DNA from: Nemertoderma westbladi
Lineage: Eukaryota; Animalia; Xenacoelomorpha
NCBI GenBank assembly: GCA_032718475.1
Contig: JAUCBJ010001011.1
Coordinates: 1 to 50,935 of the forward strand
DNA length: 50,935 nt
Reading direction: 5' to 3'
Below the pieces are notes generated by a model. The model had not been told where the DNA came from and searched no databases. It was given only the letters and a program-made list of their open reading frames with translations. This document shows, one piece after another, positions 11,432 through 25,900 of this stretch. The translations under genes were made by a program, and so were the position numbers. Each line of letters begins with the position of its first letter. Positions within the stretch are counted from its first letter, which is position 1.

Positions 11432-13862
11432 CTGTATGTGGGGCGAGCCACGAAGTGAGTGAGCCTTAGCGTAGTGGTACCATTAATCAACCTGTCGTTC
11501 TGTCGCATTCAATTTTAAACGTTAATAACTCGGTCAATCTTTGATGAAATCTATCCAAACTTGGTACACATGTTGTTTGGCAAAAGTTTAGAAATTTTCC
11601 AAGTAGAATTTCAGTGTGGCCTTCGAGAAGCTAAGATAATAGCAGTTAATTAGTTAATTAAGTTATTACGGTAAAAACACCATTTTCAACCTGCCTTTTA
11701 AAGGAAATTAATTGTTTTACAGTATAAGATTTAAATAATTATAATTAAAAATTATACAGATGTAATCCCCATACGCCATTCTATTATAGTTTTTAATTAG
11801 TTCAAGTGATTTGCTTTAATAATTGTGTCTTTAATTGATCTAAAGTAATTAAAACGGCAAAAAAAATTTATTCTCATTAAATACTGCTCATTTATTGGCC
11901 AACATGCTGTTACATAGATGGGATGTGTGTGTCATTCCCAGTTGCTGGGAATGATTATTGGTCAAGTCTCTGCCGCTGGCTGGGAGTTGTTGCTAAGACT
12001 AACCAGAGAGGAATAGTAATAGACAACCAGTATTGCTATTCCAGCCCAGACAGCATTCTTTAAATTCACTATAAATGTTGTATTGCTATCTCAGGTGAAT
12101 GACAGATATCATAACATAAATACTATCCATGGCATGGCTGTTGTGTAGGCTTCTGAAATAGTTTATTCCACAATGTATATGTCTGGTTATTTTTTAATTG
12201 AATTTTTGCAAAGTAGTAAAATTAATGTTCTTAAAAATAATATTATTATTTTATATGTAACCTAGGAAATTAGCTACATTTTTTCGCTGCAGCTTTAAGA
12301 GTGTACATTAATTTAATATTATTTCAATACCCATATTACTACATCGGCATAAGATGCGTTGGCGTTGTATCACACATCTCCACATATCACACATATCCAC
12401 ATAGATGTATCAACAGTTACTCGCACAGTTTCGAAACTTCGCATAGTTATAACTGTATAAAGATCGTCAGTCTGCGTTTAGGAAAAATATTTTATAACAA
12501 AACAGGACAAGCGACGAGCGCAACGAGGCATATAATGAAGACGAGTACTGCGTTGACTAAATTATTATATAAACCACCTGGCTTCACATATTGATCGCAT
12601 CCCTAGTTATTATTATTATAAAGAACGTCCTAGCCTGCGTTTAAGAAATATATTTAAATACAAAACAGGACGAACGCAACGAGGCTTATAATGAATACGA
12701 GTACTGCGTTTATTATATTCCTATAAACCACCTGGCTTTGCATATTGAACGTGCGATTGGAAATAAGTTCGTGCTACCCTTCCGTGGGTGGTAGATGTCG
12801 CGGTTATGTATTGGTGGTTGGGAAGGGTGGGGGGGGGGGATTAAAAGGGGTGAACACGTACTGTCCCCCTTTCTTTGATTGATTGGTGGTGTGGGTAAAT
12901 TTCTCAAAACCTGATTTTGTGATACAGTCGCTCAATTTTAATTTGTATCTCATAACTGGGCCTCGTGCTGCGCGAAGGCCCCACGAACGTGTTCCCTACT
13001 GAACGTGAACAACTAAGCCTGTAAGCTGACTGGTTAACTAGTCTGGGACTTCGAGCAAAATTGAAAATTGAGGGGGGGGGGGGGGGGGTCGGGGGATTTG
13101 ACTTAACTTCTATCCCTGTACCGGTATAGGCTATTATAAGAAATAATTTATTCTGATTCAATGAATTACATTAGGCCTACTGCATTAGTCTTACTCTATT
13201 CAATATTCATGTATTCAATGTTAAAACAGATTTGAATTTACCGCCCCAAACAGCCAAATATACCGGTAGGTGGCAGATCTGATCTGCCACCCTTTGCAGT
13301 ACTGCAGTACAAATTACATGCTGACATGTCTTTCATTCAATTATTTGAATTTCCAGCGCTATGGACTGATGGAGCAGGGTGGCACCTTTTAGGGACTTGT
13401 GGGTCCAAAAATGGCCAGAAAATGATAAAAAGTTTATAACTAGCAAACTAGCTGACTAGGCCTATGTCAGTATGTGTAAGTCTGTAAGTGTAATACAATA
13501 CATAATGGATAATGCAGTAATGGTAGGTAATGCTGTAATGGCTGAATGGTACAATACAAACCTGGTTTTCGAAAACTGTGTTCACTCTATCCATTTGTGC
13601 AGCCATTATTCAGTTAGGCCTATTCTAGGGCCTAATCCTGTCAGCCTGTAGCTGTAATCACATAATCACTGAATCAGGTGGATCTCCATTCTGCAATCAT
13701 TCCAGTCAATCAAAAAACCAACTGACCAATGTCAGAATGTTACGGTACCCTGTCGGCCAGTCCCGGCTCCTGGTACAGCACTGCAGCATGTAACTGTCTG
13801 ACTGTAGCCAGCCTACATACCACGAGTAGGCCTACCGTCGGCCTACCGTCAACCGACAATGA

Positions 13863-15260
13863 ACTACTACTACTAGGATCGGCATGCTGCATTGCAGCTG
13901 CATTTTTAAGAATGCTGTGCCGGCTTGTCAACAAAATTGCACCGCCACAACTCCCTATCACCCATGACATTTGCTAGATCATCCGCATCTTCAAGGCCAG
14001 TGTCCTTTAAGATGCGTCTCAAGAAAGTCATGGGCTGTCCACCATGCTTATTCACTCCATGAGGCTGCCAAAGTACAAGACACAAGATGATGCACTGGCT
14101 GGTCCTCACGGCGAAAGCAATGTCCTGCAAAGCGGAGGCGATTTTGTTCTAGTGTCAAGCTTGGGGGAACCAATGAGACACCTCCGCAATGTTATATAGT
14201 GTCTGGTTGGAGATGTGTGCATTGTACTTGACACAATGAACCCGGCGTAGCATTCTTGTGAATGTGCCATCCAGAGATTTGGTGTCCTCAGCAGTTAGAG
14301 CCCAGCATGGACTCCCATAGAGGAGTACTGGAACTACTGCTGCTCTAAATAATCGGACCTTACATGCCTTAAGTTTCCGATTAATTCTCGGTGACTTCCA
14401 AATCCTGGAAAGCCTATTCAAGGCTGCCCATGCCTTTCCCTTACGTATTCGAAGGTCCTCCACCTGACTTCCGGATCCATGATCCCAGGTAACAGAAGTC
14501 GTCCACATGCTCAAGCATACCATCCTTTGGCTTATGCTCATCCGATCAGAAACTTGCTGAGGACTTTCAAAGTTAACTGTCAGAATTTTGGTCTTTCTGG
14601 AGTTAATAAAAAGACCAACACTAGAAGCAGCATGTTCTAATGAGCTGAGGAGCCGTTGGGCTCCCTCTAATGATTCTGAGAGTACTCCTAAGTCATCAGC
14701 AAAGTCTAGATCAGTTAGGTACTTGGCAGGATTTCCTCGACTTCTGGAGCCAGTAGGTGGAGTTATCATCACCCCATCATCATTATAATGATCTAAGGAC
14801 ATGCGTACTGTAGAACATATTCAACCACAATAATGAACAAGAATGGTGCAAGTGTGTCTCCTTGGAGGACGCCCCATAACACTTCAAACGGTTCTGTGTC
14901 ACCGTCAACAGTAGACACAAATGTTGTCGAACCATCGTATACTGATCTGATTGCTGCAATAATTTCATCAGGAATCCCATATAATGAAAGTATGCTGAAC
15001 ATACGTGAGCGAGAGACTGAATCAAAGGCCTTGAAGAAGTCAACAAAGATAACAGCCAGATGCCTGTCTTTCTTTTTTGTTAACTCTTCAATTATCCTTC
15101 TAAGTGCCAAAATGGGCTCCATGGTCCCACGACCTTTACGGAACCCATTCTGATTTCCACGGAGCAGTCTCTCAATGGGATCCCTGATGCGATTTAATAG
15201 AATCCTATTGTATAGCTTTGCAGCAATCGAGATCAATGAGATTCCCCGAAAAGAACCACT
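13863..15260 (-). pseudogene. 5'-truncated, frameshifted RTE-clade non-LTR retrotransposon (reverse transcriptase)
   Basis: RT motifs RGISLISIAAKLYNRILLNR, QNGFRKGRGT, FVDFFKAFDSV, GVLQGDTLAP, FADDL and LLYGSPCW are spread over several frames. There is a 3' (TAG)n tail at ~13863-13876. The direct repeat GCCTACCGTCAACCG at 13841-13855 and 15261-15275 is the probable TSD. Confidence 0.92.
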
Positions 15261-15545
15261 GCCTACCGTCAACCGGCTTTGAAGCGTTAGGTCCAAATAG
15301 GTATACCGGTACCTTAGGTCCTGTAGCGTTAGCGTCCCATAGCTTTATTATATCACTCTATGTATTTATAAAAATTAAATTAAAAGTACATGAGGAGAGA
15401 AAACAACCAGGTTATTAAAATTAAACACTTATGGTTGCCCGAGCAAATTCTAAAAATTACACAAAAATACAGAAATATATTCTACAAATAAGCTATAACA
15501 TACAGTATATATAAATATAACTATAAATATATATATATATATAAC

Positions 15546-18500
15546 TCCAACTGGGGGCCATAGGGCCACTCCTTAATAATTAAGATATAAACTAGTACAT
15601 TAACTATCAAATAATATTAGCACAAGAGAAGCATGTTATTAATAATATCTATTAATTGTTAGAACAATCCGATGCAAAAAATTACACGGCTCCAATATAA
15701 TGACCATTATATATATCTTGTTGGATATTCGTTTGCAATACATTTCTATAGTAAAAGTACATAACACAAAACGACCAAAGGGCCACCTAATTTTTCTGGT
15801 AATTTTTGTGTAATTTACACATCAAAAACACATTCTAGAACTCAGATCTTTTCAGAAAATGCTTTGTTAGACTTTTCTACACCGTTTTTATTCATTTCAA
15901 AACTTATGTATATTTTAATATATAATTTTATATATCTTTGATTCCATGACTAACTTGTAGGTATTTGAACCAAGATGGTGGCTTCTGAGACAAAGTTGAA
16001 AAATTAGTAAGTGTGATTTAAAAACTTTGTAATTAAATTTTGGTATCGAAATTTTTATTGGAGCTATTTGATATCATTAATGCAGATGATCCTCTTTGTG
16101 CTTGCAGTCAAATACCGTGTTATTAAGTTTTTATTACATAAAACCATGACATAAAAAATAGTGGCCCTATGGTTTTGACGGATCTTTATTATAACAGATA
16201 TATAGATTTTACCTTTAGAGTTAAAGCCTATTGATTTTTTATACACCAGAGGGACTAGAACAAATGAATCAATTATTATTGAATTGTATAGTCGGCGTGC
16301 TGTATTTTTTTTAATTAAAATTCTACATTTATGCTACTTTCTAATAGTTTTTTTTACTTCGCTCACTGAATAGAATGTGTACGGAATAGAACGCTCACTG
16401 AGTATAACGCTCACTGAATAGAACGTTGACTGAGTATCATGCTCACTGAATAGAACACTCACTGAATATAATGCTCACTGAATAGAACGATCACTGAATA
16501 GAACGTTAATTGCGTGGAACGCTCACTCAATAGAACACTCACTGAATAGAACCCTCACTGAATATAACGCTCACTGAATAGAACACTCACTGAATGGAAC
16601 GCTCACTGATTATAATGCTCACTAAATAGAATGCTCACTGAATAGAACGCTCACTGAATATAACATTCACTGAATATAACGCTCACTGAATATAACACTC
16701 ACTATATAGAACGCTCACTGAATATAACGCTCACTGAATAGAACGCTTACTGAATATAACGCTCACTGAATATAACACTCACATAATTGAACATTCATTG
16801 AATAGAATGCCCACTGAATATAACATTCACTGAATATAACGCTCACTGAATATAACACTCACTATATAGAACGCTCACTGAATATAACGCTCACTGAATA
16901 GAATGCTTACTGAATAGAACGCTCACTGAATATAACACTTACAGAATTAAACATTCATTGAATAGAATGATCACTGAATAAAACACACACTAAATAGAAC
17001 ACTAACAGAAATTAACACCCACTGAATAGTACACCACTAAATAGAACACTCTCTGAATAGAACGATAATTGAATAGAACACTCACTGAATAGAACACTCA
17101 CTGAATAGAACACTCACTGAATATAACACTCACTGAATAGAACGCTCACTGATTAGAACACTCGTAAAATAGGACGATCACTGATTAGAACACTCGTAAA
17201 ATAGGACGATCACTGATTATAATGCTCACTAAATATAATGCTCACAGAACAGAACATTCACTGATTAGAACACTCCCTGAATAAAACACTCACTGACGTG
17301 AACTCTCACTGAATAGAACGTTTTCTGAATAGAACACTCGCTAAATATACCGTTCACTGAATAGAACGCTTACTGAATAGAACACTCACTGAATAGAACG
17401 ATCACTGAATAGAACATTCACTGAATAGAACACTCACTGAATAATCCACTCACTGACTAGAACACTTACGGAATAGAAGGTTCAATGAATATAACACTCA
17501 CTGAATAGAACATTCACTGAATATATCACTCACTAAATAGAAAACTCACTGAATAGAACGCTCACTGAATAGAACGCTCACTGAATATAACACTCACTGA
17601 TTATAACGCTCACTTAATAGAAAGCTCACTGAATAGAACGCTCACTAAATAGAACGCTCACTGAATAGAACGCTTACTGAATAGAACGCTCACTAAGTAG
17701 AACGCTCACTGAATAGAACGCTCACTGAATAGAACACTCACTGATTATAACGCTCACTTAATAGAAAGCTCACTGAATAGAACGTTCACTAAATAGAACG
17801 CTCACGGAATAGAACACTCACTGAATAAAGCGTTCACTTAATAGAAATCTCACTGAATAGAGCGCTCACTGAATAGAACACTCACTGAATAGAACACTCA
17901 CTGAATAGAACGCTCACTGAATAGATCACTCATTTAATAGAAAACTAACTGAAAATAACGTTAACTAAATAAAAAGCTTACTGAATAGAACATTCACTGA
18001 ATAGAACGCTTAGTGAATAGAACACTCACTAAATAGAACGTTCACTGAATAGAACACTCACTGAATAGAACTTTCACTGAATAGAACGCTCACTGAATTG
18101 AACGTGCACTGAATAGAACGCTCACTGAATTGAACGTTCACAGAATATAACACACACTGAATAGAACGCTCACTGAATATAATGCTCACTGAATAGAACG
18201 TTCACTGAATAGAACGCTTACTGAATAGAACACTCACTGAATATAACGTTCACGGAATAGAACGCTTACTGAATAGAACACTCACTGAATAGAAAGTTCA
18301 CTGAATAGAACGCTTAGTGAGTAGAACACTCACTGAATAGAACGTTCACTGAATAGAACACTCACTGAATAGAACTTTCACTGAATAGAACGCTCACTGA
18401 ATTGAACGTGCACTGAATATAATGCTCACTAAATAGAACGTTCACTGAATAGAACGCTTACTGAATAGAACACTCACTGAATATAACGTTCACGGAATAG

Positions 18501-20406
18501 AACGCTCACTGAATAGAACACTCACTGAATAGAAAGTTCACTGAATAGAACGCTTAGTGAACAGAACACTCACTGAATAGAACGTTCACTGAATAGAACA
18601 CTCACTGAATAGAACTTTCACTGAATAGAACGCTCACTGAATTGAACCTGCACTGAATAGAACGCTCACTGAATTGAACGTTCACAGAATATAACACTCA
18701 CTGAATAGAACGCTCACTGAATAGAACGCTTACTGAATAGAACACTCACTGAATAGAACGTTCAATGAATAGAACGCTTATTGAATAGAACACTCACTGA
18801 ATAGAACGTACACTGAATAGAACGCTCACTGAATTGAACGTGCACTGAATAGAACGCTCACTGAATTGAACGCTCACTGAATTGAACGTTCACAGAATAT
18901 AACACTCACTGAATAGAACGCTCACTGAATAGAACGCTTACTGAATAGAACACTCACTGAATAGAACGTTAAATGAATAGAACGCTTATTGAATAGAACA
19001 CTCACTGAATAGAGCGTTCACTGAATAGAACGCTAACTGAATAGAGCGTTCACTGAATAGAACGCATACTGAATAGAACACTCACTGAATAGAACGTTCA
19101 CTGAATAGAACGCTAACTGAATAGAACGTTCACTGAATAGAACGCATACTGAATAGAACATTCACTGAATATAACGTTCACGGAATAGAACGCTTACTGA
19201 GTAGAACACTCGCAGAATAGGAAGTTCACTGAATAGAACGCTTACTGAATAGAACACTCCCTGAATAGAACGTTCACTGAATATATCACTCACTAAATAG
19301 AAAACTCACTGAATAGAACGCTCACTGAATAGAACGCTCACTGAATATAACACTCACTGATTATAACGCTCACTTAATAGAAAGCTCACTGAATAGAACG
19401 CTCACTAAATAGAACGCTCACTGAATAGAACACTCGCTGAATAGGAAGTTCACTGAATAGAACGCTTACTGAATAGAACACTCACTGAATAGAAAGTTCA
19501 CTGAATAGAACGCTTACTGAATAGAACAATCCCTGAATAGAACGTTCACTGAATAGAACGCTCACTGAATTGAACGTGCACTGAATAGAACGCTAACTGA
19601 ATTGAACGCTCACTGAATAGAACACTCGCTGAATAGGAAGTTCACTGAATAGAACGCATACTGAATAGAACATTCACTGAATATAACATTCACGGAATAT
19701 AACGCTTACTGAGTAGAACACTCGCAGAATAGGAAGTTCACTGAATAGAACACTCCCTGAATAGAACGTTCACTGAATAGAACGCTCACTAAATTGAACG
19801 TGCACTGAATAGAACGCTAACTGAATTGAACGCTCACTGAATAGAACACTCACTGAATAGTACACTCACTGAATAGAACGCTCACTGAATAGAACGTTCA
19901 CTTAATTGAACACTCACTGAATAGGAAGTTCACTGAATAGAACGCTTACTGAATAGAACACTCCCTGAATAGAACGCTCACTGAATTGAACGTTCACAGA
20001 ATATAACACTCACTGAATAGAACGCTCACTGAATAGAATACTCACTGAATAGAACGTTCACTGAATAGAACGATCGCTGAATAGAACGCTCACTTAATAG
20101 AAAGAAGGCTTACTGAATTTTTGAAGATAATCAGCTTTAAATAGAAATAAAACTACTGTATTATGAAAGAACCTAACAGCGCAGGGGTTAATAACCACCA
20201 CTCATAGGACCTAAAGATGCAACACCTAATGTCCAAAGGACCTTATAACGCCTTACAACTACTTCATACCATAGGGCCACTGTGGCCCCATGGCACGATT
20301 ACACCATAGGGCCACCTTTCCGACCATAGGGCCACTGTTGGATATTGAATAGAACCATAAGGCCACCTACTTACATCCATAAGTGGCCCTAAGGTTGTGT
20401 GTTGGA
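15546..20406. mobile_element. TIR element inserted in a (TA)n tract, carrying a satellite
   Basis: Left end TCCAAC-N6-CCATAGGGCCACT. The right end is the reverse complement of TCCAAC-N6-CCTTAGGGCCACT. (TA)n runs lie on both flanks, and CCATAGGGCCAC is repeated subterminally (15775, 16160, 20266-20370). Confidence 0.6.
16360..20118. repeat. 16-bp satellite array, ~235 copies
   Basis: Consensus GAACGCTCACTGAATA with variant units and repeated higher-order blocks. Confidence 0.97.
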
Positions 20407-20812
20407 TATATATATATATATATATATATGCTATATTTATATTTATATAGGCAGTGATTTTTTTATGTCCTTTTATTTGACTTTTTTTGTCCTTTTTTTT
20501 GCGAATTATGCATACTGACTTTTGTTGTCCTTTTAATGACTTTTATTGTCCTTTTAATGACTTTTTATGTATGTATTTCTTCAAACTGCCAGACTGCTGA
20601 TTTCTGGACTGCCAGACAGTTGATTTCACTATGCCTGTGCCAAAACATTCCATGATTCCATGATTTATAGACTATGAGATATAGATTTCCATATGCGCCT
20701 GTGGTAAAAAGACTCTATATTTAATTTGTGGTTGTTGTCGATAATCGATTACCACATGACGTAGCAAAACACTCATTTTATAGCCAAAAACAATTACCAA
20801 TTGACTGATTGA

Positions 20813-21639
20813 TGGAAAGGAGCAGGTTAAGGCCGAGTTTTCTAACCAAAACAATAAACAGTCACTTTACCAAATCAGGGAAAGGAGCAGGTTACAGAGA
20901 CGGGATTTTCTAACCAAAACAATAAACGATCACTTAACTAATTGAGGGAAAGGAGCAGGTTACAGAGGCGGAATTTTCTAACCAAAACAATAAACGATCA
21001 CTTAACTTATTGAGGGAAAGGAGCAGGTTACAGAGGCGGGATTTTCTAACCAAAACAATAAACGATCATTTAACTAATTGAGGGAAAGGGACAGGTTACA
21101 GAGGCGGAATTTTCTAACCAAAACAATAAACGATCACTTAACTAATTGAGGGAAAGGAGCAGGTTACAGAGGCGGGATTTTCTAACCAAAACAATAAACG
21201 ATCATTTAACTAATTGAGGGAAAGGAGCAGGTTAAAGAGGCGGGATTTTCTAACCAAAACAATAAACGATCATTTAACTAATTGAGGGAAAGGGGCAGGT
21301 TACAGAGGCGGGATTTTCTAACCAAAACAATAAACGATCATTTAACTAATTGAGGGAAAGGAGCAGGTTACAGAGACGGGATTTTCTAACCAAAACAATA
21401 AACGATAACATTACCAATTGAGAGAAAGGAGCAGGTTACAGAGGCGGGATTTTCTAACCAAAACAATAAACGATAACATTACCAATTGAGGGAAAGGAGC
21501 AGGCTACAGAGGCGGGATTTTCTAACCAAAACAATAAACGATCACTTAACTAATTGAGGGAAAGGAGCAGGTTAAGGCCGGATTTTCTAACCAAAACAAT
21601 AAACAGTCACTTTACCAAATCAGGGAAAGGAGCAGGTTA
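20813..21639. repeat. 68-bp minisatellite, ~12 copies
   Basis: Unit GGAGCAGGTTACAGAGGCGGGATTTTCTAACCAAAACAATAAACGATCACTTAACTAATTGAGGGAAA; period 68 (20884 to 20952). The first and last units share a variant form. Confidence 0.95.
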
Positions 21640-22944
21640 TCCGTAACACTACTCAGACAGTAGTCATGATCCATTATTGATTATAAAACTAATACAGTAA
21701 TAGGCCTAAATTATGTGAAAGGTATATCCACATTTTCCACAATCCTGCAATCCAGTTTGGCCTATCAATTATTTAAAATTTATTAGCACAACCGGTAGGC
21801 CTACCATTACCGTATTTAAATGCGTAATAGCAGTACCGGTACTAAAATACAGAAATACCTGCTTTATACCTACATCTGTACATACAATACAGCAAAATAG
21901 TGCTATATATACTAATACCGGTACTGATAGCCTGAGAGAACAGCAGTAGAGAAACCGGTAGCATGGACCTAACATTAGACTTTTGGAGGACATAAAAAAT
22001 AAAAAAAAAGGACAAAAAAAGGATTTAAACGGACAATAAAAATTATTGCGATTTATATATATATATAACATATAACTAAACAATAAGAATGTCACAGTCT
22101 ACGAATGTGCAATAAAATATTCACAATAAAAATTAATTGTTATGATTCACAATAATAACTATATACTTATGAGTAAAGTAATGTTGGGATTTTGGAATAA
22201 AAATATTTTACAAATTAGGTGAATTATTACTAATCTACCATATCATATGCATGCAACAAAATATATATAGAAAATAGATAAAATATTCACTCAAAAAAAA
22301 AAATATAAAAATATGCGCATGTTTACAAATTTCTATTAAATTTACAAAAGAGAGCAAGTCAAGGTCTTTAAGCTTTTGGGAAAATAAAAATTTACTTTCA
22401 GTATTGACAGTTTCCGATGGGAGCCAGTTCCAAATTGGAACTACTCGGTGGGAAAATTATTCTTGCACATTAGAAGCCTCGACTGTTTATCGAAGAGTTT
22501 AAGCTCGTGACCTCTAAGTCCAGCTCTCGGCGCAATAGTGAAGAAATCGTTCAAATTTAAGTCGATATTACTGTAAACTATAGAATGTGCCAATTTTAAG
22601 TCAAAAATAACAGGTCGAACGTTTTTTCAGGAAACCATGCTGTGCCTTGGTGGGATAATTATTTCTCCATTTGACGCAACACCGCCGCGGCCGCTATGAG
22701 GGAGGTGAATACCGCGGCCGCTCCTAAAGCCGCAGGCCATCGCTAACTATATAGGTTAACTTGGGATTCTGGGGGACTTTTCGATGAAGGAACAGACCAA
22801 TTTTTTTTATTTTCGCACCAGGGGAGCGACTCGGAATTCTAAGATATTAGCCACTCTAACATTAGCAAATCTATCCCCTCGACGGACACGGCGGACAAAA
22901 AACCGTCATTTTTAAAAATTTTTTGAAAGACGCTCTACACAGTG

Positions 22945-25900
22945 CGGCTGCTCCATGCCAAAACCTAGTAACTGAAATTTTTTGAAAATTGAGATTTTGC
23001 CGCCATTGGGGTTTTAGAGGGCGTAGAATTCAGCTGGCACAATCTTAAAGCCGTATCTGCAACCGGTGCTGAGATATTACTGTGCCGAAACCTAGTAACT
23101 AACAATTCATGCCCGTTTTCCTCATCCAAAACACAGCAACTGCAAAATAATGCTAGTTACTGGGTTTAAAATGTACCAACAGAATATAATCGCTAGATTT
23201 TAGTGTTACAAAACCCATTATCTTGAATTATATGCTATATTCCCTTTCCCAAAACGTAGCAACTGCAATGGGTTGCAGTTATTATGTTTTGGTAAGTAGT
23301 TACTGGGTTTTGGGATCACAATATCTGAATTGTTGTTAAGATACTAGGTTTTGGAAATTTTTTCCCTGTTTTAATTTGCAGAGTTTCATTTCGCAATACC
23401 AAGTAACTGCTAAGTTGCTGTCATTTTATTGGTCCAAAAATATAATTCTAGAATATTTGAGGTGGTGGGGAATTTAAATTGATCAATTATTGTGAGTTCA
23501 TTCTGTTCAGTTATTCATTGACCCTTGAACAAACGTAATTTGTTTATGTATTTTTTAAATATATATTAACTGATCTTAATTAATTCTAATAATTCTGCTA
23601 ATGTGTTGTACATGTATCTACGTACATTGGAAAGTGAACGTACGTGTAAGACCAATCATTCAGTGGGTAAACTCTAAATCGACAGTCTAAGTGGCACCAA
23701 ATTTTAGGAAAATTATGTTTTTATTTACAAATGCATATCGGATGCGATAGTGTAGGAATGTGTTCTAGGTGAAGTGGCTACTGACCGGACCCTCTAAATA
23801 CAGCATTGAAGCTTTTTATATTTGACTTATATTTTACTTGTGTTTATTGACTGGACCCTTATTACCTCAACTTTGAGACCGGACGCATAATCTTGTAACA
23901 TGTGTTAACTTTCGTTTATTGTTTTGGTTCCCCGAACACGCCTCTGTAACCTGCTCCTTTACTAACCTGCTCCTTTAAATGGCAATGGGTCCAGTCAATG
24001 GGTTCAGTCAACGGGTCTGTTCAAAATGGCAATGGGTGCTCAAAATGGCAATGGGTCCGGTCAGTAGCCTTTGCCTGTTCTAGGCCTACTATTAAAGACC
24101 GCGCCCTCGATAGTCTATTGCATATATCCTACTGAAACGAAATCCTACTGGATATAATTATAATATAAGCTCAATTTTACAAAAGATACTTATTTAGTGA
24201 CTCGTTTGATCTCAATACTATTCATTAAAGTTAAAGTGACATGGAAAGTGACGATGGCGAGACTCCTTTCTTCGGATTTGAGTTCCCACTCTATTATGGG
24301 CCCGGCAATGTTGCCAATGTTGAAGACCGGTCTTGCACCGCTACGGAGATTGTTGGCTCTGATGAGCAAGCCTCGAACAGCCATGTTGGAAGTTCAGTTA
24401 TTGATAATGATATGTGCACCAGTAAAGAAGTGGAACCACCTGGTGACTGTGAGTCTACTAGCTTGTCGAGTCATCCAATTGAGGATGTTGTATCTTCGAC
24501 AATGAATTATACCAGTGTTTTATCCTGTGACCTTTTCGACGAGTGTTTCAGCGATCCAATTCTGGCATCCACGATGTCGAGTTCGATGTCTTCCGAAGAG
24601 CAAACTACTTTTTCCGAACAACAAAGTGAACTTATTTCTATTCCAAGTTTGCCTTATGACGAGTATTATAACAACATAGAAATAGAACCACTACAAGACA
24701 TCCAACAGTTATATACAATAAATCTAGATGATATTAGTGATACAGGTCCAATACCCGATGTCGTGGATGCTACTACTCCTTCGATTCCGGTTGATCAAGT
24801 AGTACAATCGCCGGCTAGACCTGCCGCCGTTTCGGTTATAATAGGACCAAGAGGTGGAAAACGAGTTCAGAAAACCCAAACACAAAAATACCCGCGTTTG
24901 AATATTGACCAACGTAAATCAAGAGACATTATAAAACACCCATTCATTAATGCAACATGTAAAACTACTTGTACTAGAAAATGTAAATCACTGTCTACAG
25001 AAAGCCGTAAGAGATTACATAGCTTATTTTGGGAATTGCCATATAATAAACGTCGTGTCTGGTTACAGTCAATGGTGCAATTTATAGATGTAAAAAAGAG
25101 GACGACCCAGCATATAAATAATAGGAATGAAACCCGAATATATCACCTGCCTAATGATGATAACCACAGTATGATAGTCTGTAAGACACTTTTTCTAAAC
25201 ACCTTGGGGTATAAAACTGATTCTGTAATCCAAGAATTAAGTAAGGTCACAAGGAAAGCTATAGGTGATGGTGAAATAGTCGATGTAAGTGACAAGCGGG
25301 GTGGCATGCAGGCCGGTAGAATAATCAATAAAACAACAATAATTGAACATATAAATAGTTATCAACCATCAGTTAGTCATTACAGGAGGTATAATTCTCC
25401 TCACATGAAGTATCTTCCTCGAACACTAACCTTGGAAGCGATGTTTGACGATTTCAACTCTAAACACCCAAACTACTGCCACATTGAACTTTACAGAAAA
25501 ACTCTCCGTGATGACCTTCACATTAGTTTTTGCAAGCCAAATTCGGATAAATGTGGATTTTGTTTGGAAAACGATCTAAAAGAAAGACCCTTGGATGAAC
25601 AAACTGCAAAAGAATATAAACGTCACTTAAATATGGCATCTCTAGCTCACAATGAATATACCAAAGACACTAACATCCAGTTTAAAGATACTGCCGCTTA
25701 CGCTATGGATATGCAGAAGGTTTTGCTACTGCCTTACATGCCCCTTGTTAAAGAGGCTTTTTTTCTCAGCAAGTTGGTAATTTTTAATGAGACATTTGCA
25801 CGATTAAACCGGCTAAACAGCGATGTTGACGATTATTGCGTCGTATGGCATGAAGCATTGCAGGGCCGCGATGGTGATTCATTTGCTGATGCACTATTAA

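Noticed and set aside
20813-21639. 68-bp periodicity as CRISPR repeat plus spacer
   Set aside because: The whole unit is conserved; there are no variable spacers.
6202-22706. ~29-bp direct repeat (6202-6230 / 22678-22706) as LTRs or att sites
   Set aside because: Too short and imperfect, with no TG..CA ends, TSD or integrase; more likely pieces of a dispersed repeat.
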